This document shows, one piece after another, positions 49,959 through 61,400 of a DNA stretch of 64,000 bases. A model generated the notes under the pieces. It saw only the letters and a list, made by a program, of their open reading frames with translations, ran no database searches and was not told where the DNA came from. The position numbers and the translations under genes were made by a program. The DNA is from Azolla caroliniana (Eukaryota > Plantae > Polypodiophyta), in contig JBHGNT010000011.1 of assembly GCA_043228905.1 (NCBI GenBank), forward strand, positions 1,426,001-1,490,000, in the 5' to 3' direction. Within the stretch, counting starts at the first letter, position 1. The number at the start of each line of letters is the position of its first letter.

Positions 49959-51059
49959 ACATAGGAGGTTCTCGGCGGGGTCTTCTTACACCTCCTCCTC
50001 TTGGGTCCTCATATTGATTTTTGTTGCCAAGGGAAGGGGTCTGGTTCTTGTTCCTGTCAGTACAACTTGATTTTCAAAGGCCTTACTGGTGGCTCCACCG
50101 ATGTTTCCACCTCTGCTTGCCTCTTCCAGCTAGGTTGTTCTTTCCCTTGTTGCGAGGTACTACCCTCTTTCCATCCGGGCGTGTGTTTGGCCAGGAGTTG
50201 CTGCCGTTTTGAAGGTTTGTTGGGTGTGGTCTTCGTTACTCGAACCCACATCTTTGTCCTTACCAACTCCACTGGTGGTGCCAACAGAGTTAGCCACTGA
50301 GCCATCGTCATCCATAGTTTCTTGTCGTTCTACACCGCTTCTATCGCCGTCCGCAAGCAATCGGCGATGATTACTGACCAATCCACTTGCACCCCTGTGT
50401 ACGTAGCAATGATGAAACCAGCTTTGTTCTTTGGCATTGCCAGAGGTCGGGGGTACACGAACCCATACTCGTGGAGGACACGAGCCACTTCTCTGAACAG
50501 GAGGTTCTCGTCGCCCTGTGTTCGTTGAGCCTTACTAATGAGGGAATACTCGCCAAAAAACCTGGTTAGTGTTTAAGGTGAAGGGTTCTCAATCAAGTAG
50601 ATACCCCCTTCCAACAATCCGATTAGCGCACGGATGGCTTCCTCCGTTATGACCTCCGTGTCGATTTTCTGCACAACTTCTTCGGCTTCGTCGTGCGGCG
50701 GTGCCTCGGCTATCCTTAGGGAGCTTCCCAACCCATGTTGGTTGAACCACTTCTTGGTTGTTTCAGAGAGTGCCATAGGTTCCATCTCATCTTCTGGTTC
50801 TACAGCGGTAGGCAGGGCCGATTTGTTTGTCTATGCTTCTTGCGTTCGTCTGCTCACTTGTATTGTCCTTTGTGCCCTCAGTGCTCTATGTTCGCGAAAT
50901 GAAAGACACTCTACGAGGCAGTGGTTTCTTGTTCCCATGTTTGAAGCCTTCCTCGATTCCCGCGCATGCACGTCGTGTACTATAATAGCACTGTTTGACA
51001 CGTGTTGCATGATGACTTTGTTTTTTTTTTTTTAATATCTACGTTAGTTCCAGTTGTCC

Positions 51060-53530
51060 AATAACACCAGATCCCTTGGTTGTTCCTCCTCGTGGTTGCC
51101 CGTTACGTTTTTGCCACCGCCTATTTCCGCGTTGGCCGCTGGTTGATGGAACAGGTTTTGTGGCATGGGTCTGTAATAGGGTTTAAGCCGGAACCCATTC
51201 ACCCACTTGTCCAGCATTTCGCTGGCAAGTGTTCCTAGCTGGTATGAACCCTTGAACTCCTACGTGATCCAATATGGTCTGGTCCACCGGAACCGCTGCT
51301 TCCCCAACATGTTACCCATTCGGATCTGGAATACGAGCACCAGCTTCCCGATTCCAAACAGTTTCTCGTTGCCCTTCCGGTGATGGTCCACGAATGCTTT
51401 CCTCCGCCGCTGCTTCAGTTCCATCTGTATGATGCTCGCTATCCGGTGCTCTTCCAGCTCACATAGTGCTGCTAACCGGATTTTCTCCGATTCCTTTTCA
51501 CTTAGTCGCTCCCGAACCTGTATCCGTAAGCATGGAACTTGAAATTCGATCAGCATCACTGCTTCTAGCCCGAACGCTAACCGGAATGGTGTTGTCCGGA
51601 TACTTGTTTTGTATGTCGTCCGGTAAGCCCATAATGCACTATGCAGCTTCGTGTCCCAATCGGTCTGGTTCTCGTTGATGATCTTCTGAAGGATGTTTTG
51701 TAGCGTTTTGTTGGTGGATTCGGCCAATCCATTGGCTTGCGGGTAATAAGGGGTGCTTCGTTTGTGTACGACCGCATAAAACGTTGTTAGACTTTCCACC
51801 ACTTAGCTAAGGAAGTGTCCACCTTGGTCTTTGATTAATTCGATTGGACATCCATACCGGCACCAAATATACTCATACCGGAACTTCGTCGTCGATGTTG
51901 CGGTATTATCTCGCACGCCTTTGCTTCTACCCACTTGGTGCAATAGTTTGTGGCGAAGATGATGTATCTATTTCCGGTTCGCATTGTCAGCGGCTTGAAT
52001 GGTTCGACAAAGTCCAGCCCCCATTTCTAAAATGGTTCCAAGGGTAGTACCGGGTGGTGAGGCATCTGCGCCTGTTTTGTCGGTTGACCCATCCTTTGAC
52101 ACAAATCACATTCCTTCGTATACCGTACTGAATCTTTTAGTGTCGTTGGCCACCATAGCCCACTGCGACATATCTTCCTTGCTGTCGCTTCACCGGCATA
52201 GTGTCCTCCGGCGACTCCGCAATGCGCTTCTCGTAATATAGTGTCCACTTAGCCGAGTAAGTGTCCACCTTGGTCATTGATTAATTCGATTGGACATCCA
52301 TACCGCCACCAAATATACTCGTACAAGAACCTCGTCGTCGATGCCGCGGTATTATCTCGCACACATTTGCTTCTACCCACTTGGTGCAATAGTCTGTGGC
52401 GAAGATGATGTATCTATTGCCGGTTCGCATTGCCAGTGGCTTGAATGGTTCGACAAAGTCCAGCCCCCATTTCTAAAATGGTTCCAAGGGTAGTACCGGG
52501 TGGTGAGGCATCTGCCCCTGTTTTGTCGATTGACCCATCCTTTGACACAAATCACATTCCTTCGTATACCGTACCGAATCTTTTTGTGTCGTTGGCCACC
52601 ATAGCCCACTGCGACATATCTTCCTTGTTGTCGCTTCACCGGCATAGTGTCCTCCGGCGACTCCGCAATGCGCTTCCCGTAATATAGTGTCCACTTAGCC
52701 GAGGAAGTGTCCACCTTGGTCATTGATTAATTCGATTGGACATCCATACCGCCACCAAATATACTCGTACAGGAACCTCGTCGCCGATGTCGCGGTATTA
52801 TCTCGCACGCCTTTGCTTCTACCCACTTGGTGCAATAGTCTATGGCGAAGATGATGTATCTATTGCCGGTTCACATTGTCGGCGGCTTGAATGGTCCGAC
52901 AAAGTCCAGCCCCCATTTCTAAAATGGTTCCAAGGGTAGTATCGGGTGGTGAGGCATCCGTGCTTGTTCTGTTGATTGACCCATCCTTTGACACAAATCA
53001 CATTCCTTCGTATACCGTACTGAATCTTTTAATGTCGTTGGCCACCATAGCCCACTGCGGCATATCTTCCTTGTTATCGCTTCACCGGCATAGTGTCCTC
53101 CGGCAACTCCGCAATGCGCTTCCCGTAATATGGTGTCTTTTTCATCGCTCCAAACCGCTCACCGCCATATGCCATCCACTCCTTTGTGGTATAGTGTATC
53201 CTATAATAAACAAAAGTGTCGGCTCTGGACCGCCAATCGTTTCCGCTCATCCCGGTTCATCTCTTCCAGAGGTAGTTCCATGCTTAAAAACTAATGCATG
53301 TTCGTTAGCCATTTGTCCTCGTCCGCAACTGTACTATCTGTTGTGGTTTCCGCTGTTATTTTAAACAATTTGGCATTCGGAAACTCATCTGGCACACCGT
53401 CACCAGTCTCTCCGGATTCTAGCCGGCTCAAATAATCGGCAATCGCGTGTTGTATCCCCGGCCGGTGATAAATTTCGAACTCGAATTCCTGTAGTAACAA
53501 TGTCCACAGGGCCAGCTTGCCGGTGAGGGA
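51060..53530 (-). pseudogene. A' RNase H end and integrase containing a 446-bp tandem triplication
   Basis: LLQEFEFEIYHRPG, EAHCGVAGGH...CDLCQ (three times) and YYPQANGLAESTNK. Confidence 0.88.
51799..53136. repeat. Three tandem copies of a 446-bp integrase segment
   Basis: Homologous ORF starts at 51844, 52290 and 52736, spaced 446 bp apart. The copies differ by scattered substitutions. Confidence 0.92.
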
Positions 53531-54159
53531 TGCCTTATTGTTTGTCTTCCTTTTCTTGTTCTTCCTTTCTCTTTCTTCTTTGTTTTCTGTTGCGTTCTTC
53601 TACTCGATCCTCGTCCTCTCCCTCCTCGTTCTTCTCTGCGTCTTCTTCTTCTTCTTCTTCTTCTTGATTTGTCCTCTATTTCTTTTGCTTCAGCCTTAGA
53701 TTTTCTCTGATTATTCCACTTCCTTCCTTCAGCTTTCTACGATTCTTCTGCCTCTCTGTTTGGTTTCCTGATTTAGCTTCTTCTTCTTTCTTTCTTTTGA
53801 TGTTCGTCCATCACTAGTGTCGGCTGTCTCTCTGTCTCAGCTGGTAGGCTGTCTCTCTGTCTCAGCTGGTAGCCGGACCGTTTGGCCGTATCTATCAGTC
53901 GTCTTCAGTCCGGACGTTTGTCGGATGTCTCTATCCAGTCTGCCGTCAACCGACTATTGGCTGCCAGACTGTTGCCGTCCTCAGCTGCCGGATGTCTCTG
54001 CTAGTCATAGCCGCACTCGCCGGTCTCTTTCAGTTGTCGGACGTAGCGGATGTCGCCCTTCGCGGGTGGCTGGTTGTCCAGACCGACTCTGATGCTCTAT
54101 CGCTCCTGATCCTTCCTCCTTCCCCCATGGCCGAGCCTTCTGATGCCACCACTACGAGC

Positions 54160-54545
54160 TCGACTTTGAGAAACCTAACCAAGAATACGTAGGATGTCGG
54201 AATCATAGATTGAACTTTAGAGTCTTGGGCATCTCTCGGCTTTCATATGCATTCTGTTATAATGCATACGTAGGAAGTCCTTAATCTCAGGGGCCCAGGT
54301 TTCTTCATGTTTTGAGGCCATAAGCATTGTCATCATCCCAACCAGTTCCAAGTTTTTCTTTTCCGCGGGATGTATAGCCAAGTAATGATCAATCAGGTTT
54401 GTGGTTAGGAAGAGTGTCTCCGGCATGAGCTTGAACTTGTAATGCACCTCAATGAGCCAATCAATCGGGTGTCCATCCTTGGCTTCCATACCATTTCCTA
54501 TATTACCCAGAGCTCTGCGCACGGCATTCTTTTGGCGCAAAATCG
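54160..54545 (-). pseudogene. B-type cyclin gene fragment (destruction box plus cyclin box)
   Basis: D-box RRALGNIGN, then IDWLIEVHYKFKLMPETLFLTTNLIDHYL...LELVG...MASKHEETWAPEIKDF, then TLKFNL..PTSYVFLVRFLK after a frameshift. Confidence 0.9.
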
Positions 54546-54729
54546 TGATCCTTCCCCAGGGAAAGTATGGGATCTCAGGAAGGGGAAAATAGAGGAACAG
54601 CTCAATATCATCTCTGTTCTTCCTTCGTCTTCTTTTTCTTCCCATCTACTACTACTATTGCAACTACTAAAATACCTTCGTCTCAAGGGATCATTATGTT
54701 ATGAAGAGAGCAAAAGGGGAAAGGGTAAG

Positions 54730-54995
54730 GAATGGAATACAGGAGAGCCAAGGGTTGCAACCGCCATAGGAGGAGGAGGTATATTGGGAGGAGCAGGGGT
54801 CGATGTCCTTCAAGACCTTCCATACCCCGTTGTTGCACTTGAAGCCGGAGTGGAGCGCAATCTGCCATATCTTGTGGCTTTTCTTGAGCCTGCCTTTGGC
54901 TTCGCAGTAGGCGAGGGCATGTGGAGGGCCATCTTGCCAGGCTCGATGTGGTCGCTATCTGCCTTCAGCCCTTTCCAGATGGGCGCGATCACTGC
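54730..54995 (-). pseudogene. 3-ketoacyl-CoA synthase (KCS/FAE1-type) C-terminal fragment
   Basis: Manual translation gives HIEPGKMALH, a deletion/frameshift, then ALAYCEAKGRLKKSHKIWQIALHSGFKCNNGVWKVLKDID...NPWLSCI. This matches the KCS motif LAY.EAKGR...WQIAFGSGFKCNS.VW. Confidence 0.85.
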
Positions 54996-55012
54996 AGGAA
55001 GAGAAGAAAAGA

Positions 55013-55049
<37 letters not shown>

Positions 55050-55290
55050 TATGACGTAAAGTTTCTTTCTTCATGAATGAAACGGACACACACAAGACAA
55101 ACACGCACGCAGAGAGGGAAAGATAAAGTTAGACTTCCTCTAAGGGGGTAGTGTGGAAGATCTCCATCGTAGGTTGGCTCTCCCAGAGAGATTTCATGCA
55201 CAAATCACACTCTTTAACACAAAGACCAATACGTAGAGAGGGAGGAGAGAATTCCTCTCCAGGGGGTCGGCCGTTCAGGCATGCCAAAAG

Positions 55291-55575
55291 TGTTGTTGGG
55301 AGGTTACGTGTGAGGGAAAGAGAGAAGTAAAGAAAATAGACAAAATGAGAGGGGGGGAAATGTATATTCATTACATGCCTATACGGGGTTTATATAATAC
55401 ATCCAATGTAACGGTTACATGACCGTTATAAATAAGTCCGTTACACATTCTTGTACACATGCACATAATTGTGCATGTGTCCATACACATACTCATCCTC
55501 ACACACTCATTTACTTTCCACATATACATCATTACAGATACCCTTATGCCTCCCCGTATATTCTTACGGGTAACA
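55291..55575 (-). repeat. LTR K (5' LTR of a probable non-autonomous element carrying the gene fragments)
   Basis: TG...CA termini and clear similarity to 57242-57584. Followed on the minus strand by a degenerate PBS-like TGGCATGCCTGAAC. Confidence 0.65.
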
Positions 55576-56250
55576 CTGTTGAAATCCGGTTACCGCTCGG
55601 TTAGGTTCTTCTATTCTTCTTTGTTCCGGTTTGGCGCCATTTATGCCTCTATCCGGCTCTCGTTAGTACTCCTTTGCCGGCTCTCGACGATCCTCTTTCC
55701 GAAAGTTTCGTTTCTTCAGAAACCGTCTGTTCTTGTAACCTTGTCGGTGCCGATCTTCACAGTTTGCTCGTTGGTCCTCCCTCCTCTGGTTGTAGCTGGG
55801 AGAGTAGTTGCAACCATACCGGTCGCCGTTATAATCTTGGTTCCTATCATACCGGTCCCGGTCATAAGCATCCCTTCGCCGATCGTAATCCGATGAGTAG
55901 TCTCGTTCATATTGATCTTGATTGCGGCCTTCCCTGTGTCGGTCGTTGCGATCGCGCCCATAGTCATCGCGTCTTCTCTCATTGTACCGATCCCCACGTT
56001 TTGGTCGGTATCAGTCCTCCCTCCAAAACCATTCGTCTTCCAATTTGTGACTGCTACATGGTTCAATGATCCTCACTGGTGTCGTTGGTCGGTTGAGCAG
56101 GTTGTACTCGCATCGGTCCATTGTGTGTGCCCGTGAGTGACAGATCATACACTGCGTCCTCATTGTGCAGTCTACCGTCGAATGGCCCGGGTTTAGACAT
56201 GTTGTGCATTACAAGGCATGGCGAAACCTGAGATCCTCCTGATTTGGATG
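55576..56250 (-). pseudogene. A' gag fragment with two CCHC zinc knuckles
   Basis: Manual minus-strand translation gives CTTCLNPGHSTVDC and CMICHSRAHTMDRC. Confidence 0.75.
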
Positions 56251-56606
56251 AGCCAAGTAAGATTAACTACATTAAGCACAAGACAGTAACCAAGTAGACA
56301 CTAAACATACATAAACAGCAGGACTTCTATTAATTATCCTTCGTTGATTACATTCTTGTGGGGTGCTTTTATAGGTCTCCAATTGAGTTACAAACCGGTG
56401 CAACCGGGCAACCGGCAATGATCCGGTCCGGATCCGAATCGGCATACCGATTTTGGATCCGTCCGTCCGCTTCTCAAAATAGCATAATACTTATTAATTC
56501 CCATATTATTTCCTAATACTTATTACTTGCAACTCCCTATTCCTAATTAAATACCCCTTTTACATTCTAGACTCTTAACCAGCCCTTTTTGCCTTGCCGG
56601 CCAATA

Positions 56607-56726
56607 GAGGCCAATGGCTCTATCCGACGCATCGAAAGACTGGCTCAACAAATACGGATTGGATGGATTCCTCCGGATAGCAGAGGTGCCACTGCATGAA
56701 GGACCGGAGAAGGTCGCGTTACAAAT
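56607..56726 (+). pseudogene. Element A, part 4: N-terminus of the extra ORF
   Basis: MALSDASKDWLNKYGLDGFLRIAEVPLHE, continuing across the GAGGC TSD. Confidence 0.75.
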
Positions 56727-57133
56727 TGTAAAAGAATACGTTGTGCGGAAGCGTGTGCGGAAAACACAGAGTACAGAGTTCAGTAAACACAGAAAACACA
56801 GAGATAGAGAGGGAGAGGGAGAGACAGAGATAGAGAGACACTATAGATCAAATTCAAAATAATTCTTTGTTCTGTACATACTTCGTGCTCAGTGAGCACC
56901 TTATATGCAAGCCCTGATAATCGGGCTGACACAAGTGCTAACAATACTTGAGTGCTCATAAATGAGACGACTACACAAACACCCAAAATTATTCCTTTAC
57001 GAGGAATAACGCTCTAACGGCCTCTTCGGTTTTCACACTGATGCGGCCCTATTGTGCGTACTTTTTCACGCCCAGTCTACGCATTGGGTTATGTTGCGTA
57101 CTTCGTTTCGAATGTTGAGCTTGTCTCTCAACA
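56727..57133 (-). repeat. Probable 3' LTR of a copia-like element
   Basis: TG...CA termini, preceded on the minus strand by the PPT-like AAGTTGAGCTTGAGGGGGAG. No partner LTR in the window. Confidence 0.55.
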
Positions 57134-57241
57134 CTCCCCCTCAAGCTCAACTTGAGGTTCCACTTGCTCCGCCGGATCTACGCTCCGGTTCCTTCTGGCT
57201 TCACACCTCGCTCGCGCTCCTTGGCCCATTCGATTCCGCGT

Positions 57242-57584
57242 TGTTAATGGGTGGGGGGTGAAGCCTAGAATGGCTTCACCCCCCTCCCAAGGGGGTTACA
57301 ATAAAGAGAGAGCTAGAGAGCAAGACAAATAGGAAATGACACAAAATGAGAAGGGAAAAATGTATATTCCATTACATGCCCCATTAGGGGTTTATATAGT
57401 ACATAGTGTAACGGTTAATAATATGACCGTTACAAAAGAAGACCGTTACATTCTTGTCACACGCACATAATTGTGCATGTGCTCACACATACTCATCTTC
57501 ACACACTCATTTACTTTACACATACACATCAACCACATCATTACACCTACCCTTATGCCTACCCGTATATTCTTACAGGTAACA
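57242..57584 (-). repeat. LTR L (3' LTR of a K-related element extending to the right)
   Basis: Similar to 55291-55575. The adjacent sequence CATGGCAC.CC..TGGGACA...CATTG matches that next to the A' 3' LTR at 45359. Confidence 0.65.
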
Positions 57585-58407
57585 CATGGCACGCCTGTGG
57601 GACAGTGCATTGCACGGTGCCATGGCAACTCTTCTCGACCGGAACTCCATTGGTCGGAAATCTCTCGACCGGATCATTACTCTACGATCAATAACTTCGA
57701 TCGGAGCTTCGCTTGACTCGAACCTTTTTGTTTGGTCAGCATATCTCTCGATTGGATCACACACCAATCGGCTCGTCCATTGTGGCATGGGTCATGAAAT
57801 CTTGAAATCGTGTTGTGTATATGCGGTTTCTTCATGTGAGTTGAGTATTTTGTATCCCTTGGTCTTTAAAATTTTCATTTTTGCCCTCAAGTTTTTTTTA
57901 AATTTTATTTATTGCCCTCCGACTTTTGAAAATTCCTCTCATGGCCTCACGCTTTTGGAATTTCATCGTCTACCCTCTAGTTTTTGAAATTCATCTCTAT
58001 ACCCTTGTCTTTTTTGAAATTTACACTCATGCCCTTCTTTATATTTCTTCTCTCCTCTTTTCTTCTTCATCGTCAATTTCTTCTTGGTCTTCTCTTTTCT
58101 CTATTTGTCTGTCTTCTTCTCCTCTTGTTGTCTGCATCCTTCTGTCTTCTTCCATGTACCTTCTCCTTTTTTTACTTAATTCTTCTTGGCTCTTCTTCTT
58201 CCATCTACCGTTTCTACTCCGTTTCCATCTGTGGTTGTCCCTCTGTCTATGAGTCGCCTCTGTTTCCCTGCCGCCGACTGTGCAACTGACTGGCCAGCTC
58301 TATCTGTGGCCATCTGTCTGGTCTATAGGTCATCTTTGTCTGACAGTCGTGTCTAGCCAATTGGCGTGTCTATAGGCCATCTTTGTCTTACAGTCGTGTC
58401 TATAGGT

Positions 58408-61400
58408 TGTTGAATCTGGAGTAATGGAGGCGGACGAGCTGCTGTTTTCTGGCCTGCACAGAAAATGTCGAACACACACACACACAGAGAAAAACAGCAC
58501 ACACGAAAAAAACAGAAAAGAGAAAGACAAAACTTTTTGGGGGCCAATGAAACCCTCATTTCTATTAGTTTATATACCTATGCGTAAATAGTAAGAAATT
58601 ACAGATTTGGCCTTTTCTTACTATCAATCTCCCACTAAAAGGCCAAACTAGGGATCAACAAAGCTGATGGGGAGATTGAACAAGACCTACACATCCTACT
58701 TGATGAGTATGTTACACAATGTACAAGAAACAATGTGTAACCTCATGACCTAAGTTATCCCCATCAAGTGGCAGCAATGCTCTAGTGCTTCGTGCGATAG
58801 AGCCTTGGTCAACGCATCTGCGGCATTGTCTTGAGAGACAACTTTCTCAAGACTAATATAGCCAGCAGCTATGCATTCTCGAATGAAGTGATATCTCACT
58901 CCAATGTGCTTGGTCTTCGCATGGTATACTGGGTTTTTAGCCAATGCAATGGCACTCTGACTATCACAAAACAATATGGGTACAAGCTTAGATATGCCCA
59001 TGTCACAAGCTAATCTGGACAGCCATACGGCTTCCTTACAAGCTTCGCTAGCTGCGACATACTCTGCTTCTGTAGTGGACAGAGCAGTACATTTTTGGAG
59101 ACGAGATCTCCAAGATATCGCACCTCCCATAAACTGAAAAATATATCCTGAAGTGGATTTTCTGCTGTCAGAGCAGCCAGCATAATCAGAATCTGTGTAT
59201 CCGATGATGGATACAGTTCCACCACCTAAACATAGACACCTATTCTTAGTGCCACACAGATATCTTAAAATCAGTTTAACTGCCTCCCAATGTTTATTAC
59301 CAGGATTGGACATAAATCTGCTCACAGCTCCCACTGCGAAAGCAATGTCTGGTCTGGTCGCTATCATAGCGTACATAAGACTCCCAACAGCGGATTGATA
59401 AGGAACCTTGGACATGAATTTCTTGTCCTCATCGGATGTGGGGCAATCACGTGTGCTCAGATTTACATATGAAGGTAGTGGAGTGCTTAACGGCTTCGCA
59501 TTCTCCATATTAAACCTCATGAGCACTTTCGATATGTACTCAGCCTGAGACAAGTAAATACATCGCTTACTCCTATCACGAGTGATACGCATACCAAGAA
59601 TATGTTTTGCATCTCCCAAATCCTTCATGTCAAAATTCTGGCTCAAGTTTTTCTTTAACGAGGATAACTCATCCTTGTTTTTACCAGCAATAAGCATGTC
59701 ATCAACATATAATATCAATGTGATAAAACTCCCATCTGAACAGTTTTTCGTATAAAGACATGCATCTTCATTGCTTCTAGTACATCCTTGAGTCTTCATA
59801 AAGGCATCAAATTTCTGATACCATAACCTCGGGGACTGCTTAAGCCCATACAAACTCTTCTTGAGCTTACATACCAAATGTTCTTTTCCCAATACTTCAT
59901 AACCTTCTGGTTGTTCCATATAAATGTCCTCATCAAGGTCCCCATGCAAGAAAGCAGTCTTCACATCCATTTGGACAAGTTCCAAATTCTGATTTGCAGC
60001 CAATGAAAGCAACATACGTAATGTAGTCATCTTAACTACAGGAGAAAAGGTTTCATCAAAGTCAATTCCATATTCTTGCTTGAAACCTTTTGCAACCAAG
60101 CGTGCTTTATACTTTGGAGAAGCACTATCAGATGTATACTTATACTTGTATACCCATTTGCATGGCAATGCTTTCCTGTCCTTTGGCAAAGGTACTAAAT
60201 CCCAAGTACCATTTTTATAAATGCTGTCCAATTCACTTTGCATGGCCTGTTTCCATTTCACATGGTCATTTACAGATATGGCTTCATTGTAACATGAAGG
60301 CTCACCGGCATCTGTTAGCATTACATAATCAGCAAACTTACTAGGTGCCTTGGGCACACGCATAGATCTCCTCAATGAATCCTGAACCTGAGTGCCATCA
60401 GGTTGTGCATGAGAAACCTCATTCTGAGCATCATCATTATGAGCATATTCTTGCTGAAAAACATCATTTTGCACATCATTGTGCTGAGCATTATCATTTT
60501 GGGCATCTTCATCCTGGTCAATAACAGTTTTTTGTGACTGCGGAGCATCTACATCAATAAGATTTTTCTGTTTTTCATCAACAAAAGGCGTACTATCTTT
60601 AAATGCAACCTTTCTCACTTCTACCTCCTTTACGGACTGTTTATGCATTTTGTTCTCGTCAAAAACAACATCACTACTTCTGACCACAGTACGTGTGTCA
60701 GGGTCCCATAAGCGATATCCAAACTGTCCATCAATTCCGTAACCAAGAAATATACATTTTCTGCATTTATAGTCTAATTTCTTTCTTAAAGTTTTTGGAA
60801 TGTGTACATACGCTTCGCATCCAAAAACTCTAAGATGAGCATAATGAGGTGTCTTGCCAGTCCACACCTCTTGTGCCACTCTTAGACCTATGGCTGTGTT
60901 CGGTGATAGGTTAATCACATGGACTGCTGTTAAAACAGCTTCTGCCCAAAAGCCTTGCGAGAGGTTTGCATGGTGTAGCATGGAGACAACTCTGTCCTGG
61001 ATGGTTCTATTCATCCTCTCAGCCACACCATTTTGGACAGGGGTGTAAGGAGCTGTAAACTCTCTCCGAATACCTCTAGACTTACAAAAGTCAACAAATT
61101 CGTGAGAGGTATACTCACCTCCATTGTCCGAACGTAAAGCCTTAAGCTTTATGTCCTTTTCTAGCTCAACCGAACTAAGCCATTTTCTGAAAGTGGGGTA
61201 TACATCATCCTTTCCCTTAATTGGATAAGCCCAAACTTTCCTAGTGGCATCATCAATGAAAGTAACAAAATATAGGGCACCACCCAAAGATCTTGTGGGC
61301 ATAGGTCCACAAACATCCGTGTGGACAAGATCCAATGGTTTAGTGGATGAGTTTACACTAGTCTTATGTGCACTTCTAGTTTGCTTACCATGTTGACAAT

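Larger units (their letters stand above)
45470..50785 (-). pseudogene. Extra (3') ORF of A', in three pieces, with a coiled-coil C-terminal half
   Basis: The N-terminus MEPMALSETTKKWFNQHGL is homologous to the A sequence MRPMALSDASKDWLNKYGL. Heptad-like E/K/Q-rich segments at 46024-46470 and 45629-45835. Split by a solo LTR and a chromovirus fragment. Confidence 0.65.
44889..56606 (-). mobile_element. Element A': inverted relative of A inserted into the extra ORF of A (TSD GAGGC), heavily deleted and nested
   Basis: LTR 44889-45358 and partial LTR 56259-56606. GAGGC at 44884-44888 and 56607-56611. Minus-strand order is gag knuckles (55576-56250), RNase H/INT (51060-53530), extra ORF (50785 to about 45470). 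Confidence 0.85.

Noticed and set aside
54217-54645. Functional cyclin gene
   Set aside because: Most of the N-terminal region is deleted, the MRAIL motif is missing, the C-terminal part is frameshifted, and it is embedded in TE sequence.
55014-55045. (GA)n microsatellite as an independent feature
   Set aside because: Short simple repeat, common in plant leaders and in the LTRs here; mentioned only as a possible polypyrimidine tract.
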